From: Mantamonas sphyraenae STR306
Lineage: Eukaryota; Protista; CRuMs
Assembly: GCA_026936335.1 (NCBI GenBank)
Contig: JAPMXV010000061.1
Coordinates: 124,001 to 188,000 of the forward strand
Length of the DNA stretch: 64,000 bases
Direction: 5' to 3'
Shown here: positions 23,665-33,162 of the stretch, piece by piece
How positions within the stretch are numbered: the first letter of the stretch is position 1
Layout: every line of letters begins with the position of its first letter
Made by a program: the position numbers and the translations under genes
The notes under the pieces: generated by a model
What the model was told of the DNA's origin: nothing
Databases searched by the model: none
What the model saw: only the letters and a program-made list of their open reading frames with translations

Positions 23665-25080
23665 TCACTGATGCACGATGGAAAACTCGTCAATGACCTG
23701 TTCGTGCTCGAGCGACCAGAACTTGTAGTTCAGCACCGTGGTGTTTGCCTCAATGACCCCAAATCCATACTGGAACTCACGCATGGCACTCCATGCAGGC
23801 TGTTGCGGTTCCCACTTGTCGCCGATGTAGAAGCAGCCCCCGGTGCCCTGGACCACGTGCGGTGTCCACTGAGGGTTGACGTACACGTTTGTGCCGGTCA
23901 TCTCGGGCACGCCGTCTCGAACGGGATACACACGCTCGTACAGGTGCATGTGGCCCTCCACCATCAACGACACGTTGTACTTGAGCAACAGAGGCTCAAT
24001 GGTCTGCTGCAACGGCGCACCTGCTGTGTGTTGGTTGTGTTCGCTCACATCCGAGGCGTACATGGGCCGATGTGTGAAAAGGATCACCCAAGGCCATTGT
24101 TCCTGCTGTGCCCTGGCCAGGGTCGCCTCCAGCCACTGACCCTGCTCCGATTCGGGCCCGTACGGGTGCTGGGTGCTGAACGAAACAATAAACACGTTGC
24201 CAATCTGCCGCGCAAACCAAAAGTCCTCTGTGTAGCGATAACGATAGGACGTGTAGTTGTAAAACTTCTCATGGTTGCCCACCACGGGGATGAGTGGGAT
24301 CTCGCTGTTCAACTCCTCGATCTGCGAGCCAAACACATCCCACACGGCTTCGATCTCACCTCCGCCACGCAGTTTGTTCTTGTTGTGCGGGGTTGGTGCT
24401 GGCATGGACGTGCCTGCGTACGCCAGGTCACCCACAGCCACAGAGGCGAGCAAAGGGGCCACTTCGCGATGGTATTTCAGCATCGCCTTGGAAACACGGA
24501 AACCAGCGGGAATCACGGTGCCAATGTCGCCCGAGCAGGCGATTCGTGTCACCATGGTGGATGCGGGGGAGGCACGTGGCAATGTGGTGAAGGAGTGCCA
24601 TGTGTTTGTGCCAAACTCGGCGTCGATTTGGTACTCATATGTGGTGTCCTCCTCCAGATGGAGCAGATGCACCGTGTAAATCCACCCATGCCAACCAATG
24701 CCATCACCAACGTCGTAGGTGGTGATGACGCCGTCGACAATGGCCGTGGAGGTTGTGTTTGCCTTGCGGAAAGCAACGCGTGCCTGCTCCTTCCTCTCCA
24801 CATCCACAGTGACCCAGCGCACTTGCATGGAGTTGGGATCGTCCATTTGCTGCAGGTGGATTTGGTGGGTCACTTTGACGTCGCCCAGATCCTTGAGCGC
24901 GCTTTGTCGCGAAGGGTCTCGTTCGCAGGCGCCAAGCAGCTCCGCGTCGTCCCCAACCAGCTCGTGACATTGAAGAATGCCGTCATTGTTGAAGTCAAAC
25001 ACAGCCAACGGATGCTCTGCGTCCGAAGCAGCCGCCGTCACAGCGACGATGACCAGCAACAGAGTCAGGGCACGGTTCAT
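23665..25080 (-). CDS. Secreted purple acid phosphatase (FN3 + metallophosphoesterase)
   Basis: Signal peptide; GDIG, GDLAY, GNHE, HRPMY and GHMHLYER motifs. Confidence 0.93.
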   Translation of the reverse strand: MNRALTLLLVIVAVTAAASDAEHPLAVFDFNNDGILQCHELVGDDAELLGACERDPSRQSALKDLGDVKVTHQIHLQQMDDPNSMQVRWVTVDVERKEQARVAFRKANTTSTAIVDGVITTYDVGDGIGWHGWIYTVHLLHLEEDTTYEYQIDAEFGTNTWHSFTTLPRASPASTMVTRIACSGDIGTVIPAGFRVSKAMLKYHREVAPLLASVAVGDLAYAGTSMPAPTPHNKNKLRGGGEIEAVWDVFGSQIEELNSEIPLIPVVGNHEKFYNYTSYRYRYTEDFWFARQIGNVFIVSFSTQHPYGPESEQGQWLEATLARAQQEQWPWVILFTHRPMYASDVSEHNQHTAGAPLQQTIEPLLLKYNVSLMVEGHMHLYERVYPVRDGVPEMTGTNVYVNPQWTPHVVQGTGGCFYIGDKWEPQQPAWSAMREFQYGFGVIEANTTVLNYKFWSLEHEQVIDEFSIVHQ

Positions 25081-25385
25081 GGGGAAATCTGATGGAAAAA
25101 AGGGGGGTGGGTGGAAAGGGGTCAGATGTCAGCGGGGATGGACGGATTGGGCCAGCGTCAGGATGGTTGGTGGGCATTGTGTGGGTTTGCGGAGATGAAA
25201 GGGTGGAGGGGGGTTGATGGGGCCCGCATGAGACCTACAAAGCCGGTTTGTTTGTTGAAGTGCACGCAACCTGCACATTGCACAGAAAGAACACAATCAC
25301 CTTGTCCAAACCAGAGGAGGAAGGCAGCACCCATGCAAAGATGAGACCATGTGAGTGAGTACGGGCACGCGCGCGCTGTGGCACA

Positions 25386-25841
25386 ATGAACACGAACGAC
25401 CGATCCGGGTTGAGGGAAGCAGCACACAATGACGACGTGGAACAAATGGAGACGGTGCTTGCCAAGGGGGACATTGATGTGAATGCATGTGACGAGAGGG
25501 GCTGGACGGCGTTGATGCGAGCAGCCGAGGTTGGAAGCACGAGATGCACCCGTGTTCTTTTGGCACACGGGGCTGCGGTGGACCAGGTTGAGGAAGGAGG
25601 GTGGACTGCACTGCAATTGACCGCATTGGGCGGCCATAACGATGTGGTTTCTGTGTTGCTGGACGCCGGTGCGGATGTGGAACACGAAGGAAAAGGCCGC
25701 GGCAACACGTCGCTGCTCGTTGCCGCCATGCAGGGTCACTCAGCCACAGTGCAGATTCTGTTGGACAAGGGGCGTACCGCAAAGTACCGCAAAGACCTGC
25801 TCAGGAGAGCTCACTCTTCCAACACAGTCCACATGGGCTGA
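25386..25841 (+). CDS. Ankyrin repeat protein
   Basis: GWTALMRAA, GWTALQLTA and GNTSLLVAA repeats. Confidence 0.88.
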   Translation: MNTNDRSGLREAAHNDDVEQMETVLAKGDIDVNACDERGWTALMRAAEVGSTRCTRVLLAHGAAVDQVEEGGWTALQLTALGGHNDVVSVLLDAGADVEHEGKGRGNTSLLVAAMQGHSATVQILLDKGRTAKYRKDLLRRAHSSNTVHMG

Positions 25842-27421
25842 AACTGCCTGGCAATGTCCTCATCCTCCCCCTCCATAGCCTCCAGCGCCTCGACCAACGC
25901 CCCTGCGTGCGCCTCCAACTCCTCCCCATGCCTATCCCTGCCCAACACGGCCACGGTGGCCGGCACCCAGGTAAGGATCCACAGAGCATAGGCATGCGCC
26001 AGCTTGCGTTGGTCGTGGATCTTGCGCACGTCGTCATCGGCCACACACCGCGCCACAAACGCCAGCTCCTGCTCTGTGTGTGTGGGTGGCGCGGTGTGCC
26101 ATCCGTCGAAAAAGTCCAGGTCGTCCTTGTCGAGTTTGTCCTTGGCATACTTTGAATCCGGCGCCGTGGCGGTGGTGTGCTTGAGCACATAAAAGTCATC
26201 GCGCACCTGTGCATCCTCGTCCTTGCCGTCGTTGTGCAGATGCTGCGCCTGCATCAGCGTCCAGTGCAGAAACAGGAAGCGCCTGTGGATCCACAGCGTC
26301 TCGTAGCCCGGAAACAACAACGTCAGAAAGTTGGCAAACTGCATCTCGCTGTGCCACAACCGACACGTTTCGCACAAGACGCAATGTGCGGCCATCGTCT
26401 CCTCATCCGCCAGATCACGCACAATCCGCCTGTCATTCCACAGCAACGCACACGCCATCGCCTCGTCCTCCTCACTCGCACGCCCTCGCGCAACCACACC
26501 CAACACCCGTTCCACCACGCCACCGCTGCCACCTTTGTTGCCACCATTGTTGCCACTGCTGCTGCGTGCGCTGTAGAAGCCTCGCACACGCTCGGCCAGC
26601 TTGGGCAGTTTGCGATGCAGCTTGGAACGGCGCAGGATGCGCGAGAGGACAAAGCGGCGATGATGGAAGCCACAGTTGTCGCCCATGTGACCACGCACCC
26701 AGTGTTCCATGGCATGCAGGTCGTCGACGAGGTCATCCATGGACCCGTGCTGTTGCAACACCCACTGCCGGTGTGTCCACGCCATGTAGTTCTTGGGATA
26801 GATGGAGGCCACACGTGTGCACACCGCCAGCTGTCCAGACACGAGATCCAACGGAGGCAGCTGCACCAGCGATTTGCCAAACTGCCCGATGCACCATTTC
26901 AGGTGGTGCCACGCCTCCCCACTCTTGGGATGCTTTGTAAACACAAGCTTCACAAAACGCATCTCCTCATTGCATCCGTGCTGTCCCGCCTCTATCAACT
27001 CCTTGCGCATGTTCCAGCACGTGTAGTTGGCCGCGTTGATCAGCAACACCGCACGCGTGCCCTCCAGCACCTGTACACCCACCTCCTTCACACGTCCATC
27101 CCTCGCTTTGGCCTCTTCCACACCCAATGTCCCTGTTGACGACGACGACGATGACGATGACGATGACGATGATGACGACGATGACGACGCCCCTCCTTCC
27201 AATCCCTCCTCCCTTCCCTCCTTCAACGCCTTCCACAGCGCATGCGCCTCTTTCGTACGCTCCCACGCATGCCTTGCCAGATCCATGGTGCACCAATACG
27301 CAACACCCAGCTTGCGCCCGTCCAGCACCAACGGCTTGGCTGCCAACAGCAGCTCCTCTGCGTCCAGCTTGCCCAGCTCCTCCGAGCTCTCTGCAAGCAA
27401 TTGTGGATCAGCAGAAATCAT
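25811..27421 (-). CDS. PTAR1: Protein prenyltransferase alpha subunit repeat protein
   Basis: NYTCWNMRKEL, KHPKSGEAWHH, YPKNYMAWTHR and PGYETLWIHRR PPTA repeats. Confidence 0.88.
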   Translation of the reverse strand: MISADPQLLAESSEELGKLDAEELLLAAKPLVLDGRKLGVAYWCTMDLARHAWERTKEAHALWKALKEGREEGLEGGASSSSSSSSSSSSSSSSSTGTLGVEEAKARDGRVKEVGVQVLEGTRAVLLINAANYTCWNMRKELIEAGQHGCNEEMRFVKLVFTKHPKSGEAWHHLKWCIGQFGKSLVQLPPLDLVSGQLAVCTRVASIYPKNYMAWTHRQWVLQQHGSMDDLVDDLHAMEHWVRGHMGDNCGFHHRRFVLSRILRRSKLHRKLPKLAERVRGFYSARSSSGNNGGNKGGSGGVVERVLGVVARGRASEEDEAMACALLWNDRRIVRDLADEETMAAHCVLCETCRLWHSEMQFANFLTLLFPGYETLWIHRRFLFLHWTLMQAQHLHNDGKDEDAQVRDDFYVLKHTTATAPDSKYAKDKLDKDDLDFFDGWHTAPPTHTEQELAFVARCVADDDVRKIHDQRKLAHAYALWILTWVPATVAVLGRDRHGEELEAHAGALVEALEAMEGEDEDIARQFQPMWTVLEE

Positions 27422-27615
27422 CAAACCCAATTCGTCACTGCGCCCAATGGACACACATACACAATGCGCACACAATCCGGAAAGTGTCCCAAGCCCAGAT
27501 TCCCACGGTGTGCGCGTCAGCACGACGTCATCCCCGTGGCAACATTCTCACACCCACCCACCCACCCACCCACACAACTCACATCCGCGGCTCCTGCTGG
27601 AACAACCCATTGAGC

Positions 27616-28430
27616 ATGGCAAACACCGATGCACCCATTGCGTCATCATACCCGCTGGTGATCTGCTGCATGGTGGTGGTCCTATCGATGACGGTGATGC
27701 TGCTGGCCGCGAAGGCGCTCCCAGCCATGTCCCGTCCTTCCTCCACGCTCCACGGCACAGGGCGTCTTCGCCACGTTGCCGAACCCGTCCTTGCCTGGAT
27801 GCGCCAGTCCCGTTCCATCATGGCCATGTATGGACACCTCTCTTCCATCTACTGGCGCGCCATGCTGGCCACAGGCCTCAAACAACACGAGTGGGACGCC
27901 CACGAGCTCCAACCGGGGTTGTGGTTGGGTACGATTCACCCCTCTCCCCCTCCCTCCCCCCACACACAACTGACACCCCCTTCCCCCTCCCTCCCCTTTC
28001 AGGCTCGGTCAAGGCGGCCCTCCACACGCAAGCGTTGCACAGACACAACGTCACACACGTGTTGACGGCCATCATCGGCTACCCGCAGCTGTACCGAGGC
28101 GTACAGCCGCCGATCCAGCAGTTGCAAGTGGATCTCATTGACGACGATTGGGAGGACATTGCGCCTGTGTTTGACCAGGCGGTGGCCTTTGTCCAGGATG
28201 CACGTGCTCGTGGTGGAACGGTGCTCATCCATTGCAAGCAGGGCAAGAGCCGCTCCTCCACCCTGGCCGCTGCCTACCTCCTCCACCAAAACAATCACAC
28301 CGACTCTGTACAAACCGTGGTTGCTTCCATGCAGGCCATCCGCCCGGTCGTGCGTCCCAACGACGGCTTCACGCGCCAGTTGCAACAGTGGACCGAGGCC
28401 CAGCGACAAAAGCAGGAACCACCCATGTGA
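27616..28430 (+). CDS. Dual-specificity phosphatase with N-terminal TM segment
   Basis: ELQPGLWLGS (spliced across intron 27929-28002), catalytic HCKQGKSRS, AAYL and IRPVVRPNDGF. Confidence 0.9.
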
Positions 28431-28502
28431 ACCACCCATGTGAATGGAACCACCCAATCCCAATTCCAATTGAGAACAACTGTATACATTCGTCCTCTCT
28501 TG

Positions 28503-31500
28503 TCACGTGCTGCTCACATCGTCACTGTCCCCCTCCTCCTCGTCGTACTCCTCCGGATTCACCTCTGTGCGTCCCACGCTTTGCAAGCTCAGCAGTGAGC
28601 TTCCGTTGCGTTGGATCGACTCAAAGTGCTCGTGCACCTCGGTGTACTCCCCCGAATCTGTTTCGCTGTCGTTCTGCGATCGGATGTCGTCCGCAATGGT
28701 GGCCATGAGGTCATGGTCCACCAACCCTCCTTCCCCACCTGCCAACCCGCTGCCCACGCCCACAATGTCCAACTCGGTCAGCCCGGGCAGACGTGTGGAC
28801 GACGCGCTGCTCGCCTTGCTGGCCCTGCTCGCCCTGCTTCGCGTGCTGTGGCTTCGTCCAGGCACAACCTCTCCTCCTCCTCCGCTCCCGCCTCCGCCTC
28901 CACTCGTATGCACAGGCAGTGTCGATCCCTCTGCAGAATCCTCCGCAAAGGTCATCACTGTGTTGGTCGACATCCCATCGTCCTCTGTGCGTTCGGAAAT
29001 CGTGCCCAGCCGGAATCCGCCCTTGGGCAACGGGCCGTTGCCCACGCCGCCGCCGCCGCCGCTGTTGCCCGACTCACCACTCGTGGATCGAGGGCGGCTC
29101 CCAGGCGCCACAATCGTTGGCAAGCTTGTGTTTTGCCTCGTCGTCTGCAACGTCAAACTGCCAATGGGTGCCATGTGCCGCACGCTGCCGTGGGACAACG
29201 ACCGCGGTGTATACCCGCCGTCCGTCACCTCCTCCCCGGGACTCTGCGACCGCATGGAGCGCACAGAGCCGTTGGATGCGTCCCGTGTCGACGACGCCAC
29301 GCTTCGGCTGTCGTGTGGCCCGCTGCCGTGTCCATACGACCCGGTTTTAGACATCGACCCCTTGCTCTGTCGTCGCCCGTTCCCCTCCCGTTCGTCTTTG
29401 GCCATTCGCATCAGCAGCGCAAACACAAGCAACGACGCAACCGCACACAACACGCCTGCCATCACAAGGTACCACAGGCCGGTTGTCGCGATGCCTCCCG
29501 CGCTGTCGTACGCCAACCCCTGCACCAGGATGCCCGCCATGAAGCCAAAGCTGATGAATGTCGGATACACCAGCGCCGAGGTGCTGCTCAGTCGTGCGTC
29601 CGGCACCACTCGCGACAGCAGGCCTGGCAGTTGCACAACCAACACCGTGTTGGTGATGCCCATGAGTGCAAACGGCACATACGGGCTGCCCTCCACCTGC
29701 AACACCATGAGCAGGTATGGGACGGGCGCAAGGAGGCCCCCAAACAGAACCACCCACTGCGGTCCCGGGATGCGTGGCACCAGCGGCGACAGCACAAGCA
29801 CCACCCCAAACGAAATCATGGTCACCAGGTTGGCCGTGTGCAAATCCATGCCATACATGGAGGTGATGACCACGATGCTGAAGCTGTTGAAGCTCCAAAA
29901 CGTGGCCAGGGTAAAGGCCAGGCCGCAGGCGCCCCAAAAGGCCAGCGGCAGATTCTTCACCGCCGCCAACTCGGCGTTGGTGACCGCACGCATGCGAAAC
30001 TGGAACAGCGAGCGCATGTTGCGCTGCAGGCCAATCAGTTCCGATTGGTAGGTGTTGTGCCCGTAGCGCCAGACAATGGAGACCAGCAGCACGTTGACGA
30101 GCGACAGGCCCACCAGCACCGCAAAGTACACGTCCAGAGGCACCACAGGCAGCGCCGCACGTGCCACCAGCAAGCCCAGCTGCACCGAGGCACCGTTCCA
30201 GCGTTGGAACAGACGAGTGTCCCTGCGCAGTGCATACTCGCTGATCAGGGTGCTGGTGATGCCCGTCATTGCCACGTGGCACACCCCAGACACCATCCGG
30301 CCGGCAAACATCACAGCCGCCGCAGGCACGGGTCCCAACATGGCACGCGCCCAGAACCCGGCTCCGGTGATGGTCATGCCCAGGGCAAACACGAGCACGC
30401 CGCGCAGGCCACTCAAGCGAGAGCCCAGCATCAGGATGCCGTATGACAAGTAGGGATTGAGGAACAGCGCCACAAACGAGTGCAACAGGAAAAACAGCGT
30501 AAAGCCAGACCCGGACAGATTCAGCTCACGCATCAGTTCCGGCGCCACAATGGCAGGCCACTCCGTGATCACAAACAGAATCAACGTCGTCACCACAGCC
30601 AGCGTGCAGATGGCTCGCGTCGACAAGCTATCGCTGTGTTGGCCATGGCCCCAGCAGCCTGTCTCCATCGGTGCCATGCCATCCTCGCTCGTAAGCCTGC
30701 TCTTGCGTCGCTGTGCAAGGGTGACGCCTCCTCCGCGCAACTCGTCCTCCTCCTCCTCCGCGCCCTCATCGGCCCCTTTGCCATCGTCCTCATGTCCACT
30801 GCCCTGCGTGGATCCGTTCAATCCGTTTGCAACCGCCGGGGTGCTCAGCTGTGCGTAGTCCGAGCCCAGCACATAATTCTTGTCAAACAGAATCACCATC
30901 GCCTCCAGCGCAGGCCTCGCCTGCAGGAATTGCACGGCGTTGTAGCAAAACTTTTCGTACGTCAGAATCTCCAGAAAGGGACTCATGAAATCAGACATGT
31001 CTGCGTCGTCGTGCACGCGCACACCGGCCATACCACCACCACCACCACCACCGCCCTTTCCCACACCACCGCCTCCACCCGAGCCTCCAGCGCCACCTTG
31101 GGTGGTGTGACCCATCCTGTTCCACATGCCTGCCAGGCCCCTCTCTGCCTGCTCTTCGCCGTCGCCTCCGCCGTCGCCGCCGCCGACGGAATCCAACCCT
31201 CGTTCCTCGCGGCCCTCGGCCATAAACTTGTCCAGCAGAAACTTGAGTTGGTAGTTTTTCAGGGGCGGACGGTTGACACGTGCCGTATCCACCACGTCGA
31301 GGGCCTCAAACAGCTTGTACACCTCACCGCGTGGGATGTAGCCGCGTGCGCCGTCGTCCCAGACGTGAAACACCAGCTGCACCTTTTCCTCCACGCTGGC
31401 GTTGGTCACAAACATAATCAGGCCGATTTCCAACTGGCGAGCGGACACGAGGCCGCGCTGCCGGGTGTCAAACGCATTGAACATATTCTCCAACACGCGC

Positions 31501-33029
31501 ACCTCGCTCTCGCTCTCCAACACCGACTTGGGCAAGCACATGAAAAACTCGTCCAGTGTCAGGCGTCCATCCATGTTGTTCACCAATCCCAGGTGCATCT
31601 CTTGGATGTCCCGTTTGGAAAAGCGAGGAAACGCGGCCCCCGATTCCGCCGCCTGCGTTTGCACCCCGTAGTTCAGCTTGCCCAAATCGTCCGGGTTGAG
31701 AATCGTCGCCATGGTCGAATTCACCAGTTGCAGGCCGTAGGTGGTGAGTTTGATCCACTCCATGCCCCACCGTGTAAACTCGGCCTCCGAAATCTTTCCG
31801 TCGTGGTTGTGGTCCATATCGTTGAAAATCTTGTCCACCAGGTCGTGCAACCAGTTGGTCACTGCACGCTTGGTGTACGTCGAATAGTTGGACAGCGACA
31901 CAACCTGGTTTTCAAACGCTGCGCTCTGTTCCGAACTCAGCTCCTCGCGAAATTGGAACCGCCGTCCCATGAAAAAGGCAGTCACCAGCCGCGTCACGTC
32001 CTGCTTATCCATCATGTTGTCGCCCCGATCGTACACCCGAAACAGCCACTGTCAACCCCATGCGTCGTTGTATCTGTGTGTCAGTGGCCATGCATGCACG
32101 CTACACACAAAACACGGGCCCCCGGCACCCGTTTCTGCTTGAGCCCCAACGGACACACTCCTGCCCAGAAGCCACTCACCTGCAGTTTCTCGTGCAGCGA
32201 GCCGTTCAGCAAGCACGACACCACCGCCAGATACTCCTGGACATGGAACTTGCCCCCTTCGGCCATGTCGTCGACCACCTGTGCGTGTGTTTCATGTGCG
32301 TCGTGTGTGGCGACGTGTCAGGACGTTCACGAAAATCGGTTTTGGGGGGGGTTCGCCCCTCGTTTACGGGCAACTTACGGAACGCAACACCTGTGTGGCA
32401 TGCCGTGGCAGCGCATCGATGACGGTACCCGAGTTGATCCCATGTGGACGATGTGTGTGTGATGGCAATAGAGTCAGTAGGTGCATGTGGGGGGGGAGGG
32501 AGGGGGGAGTGAGCGTAGGGGGCAAGAGGACAACCCACCTGCGCAGCTTCAGGTTCTTCGCGTTCCAGCTCCTGTGTACGCGTGTGTCAGTGATCCAACA
32601 TTGCATTGCACTTCCCATTCCCTGTAAACGATCGGTTGGCCGTGTCTACACCCTGTGGGCACCCACCTTGATCATGTCCAACTGCTTGAATTGTCGTTTT
32701 GTCAGATACATGGACCCGCGCGTGGCTTTCTCCAACTGCGTTTGCAAGCTCTCCATTTCCTTGATGTGCAGCTGCACAGAACGCCTTCGGCTGCGCTGCA
32801 GTGCTCGATCGATGGCGCTCTCCACCGACAGCTTCTGTGTGTACGAGTGCATGAGCCGTTGCACCTCACCGTGGTCGGGAATCTCAACGGTGTCCATAAA
32901 GTTATTCACAGCCGTCGTGACCCCTCTCGGCGGACCATTGACACGGTTCTGTTGCTGCAACGCCTCCCGTGATAGCCGCACCCCCTGGCCCACCACAATC
33001 GTGTCTGTTCCCCCCTCCAAGTCGGCCAT
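28503..33029 (-). CDS. Fusion of tandem NCS/calcineurin-B-like EF-hand domains with an MFS (MFSD1-like) transporter
   Basis: Exons 33029-32667, 32571-32539, 32390-32379, 32278-32180 and 32048-28503. EKLQWLFRVYD, DHNHDGKISEAEF and EEKVQLVFHVWD, then ~12 TM segments (AGRMVSG) in the same exon. Confidence 0.85.
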
Positions 33030-33162
33030 GCAAGCAAAGGGGTCGCGAAAGTCGAAAAGAAAGTTCCGCTTTTTTTGCAACCCACTGCGCCCTTCCTCCC
33101 TCTCTCCCGCCAATGTTCCTTTCCTCTCCAATTCCTGTGCAAAATGCCTCGTTGCTCACCTA

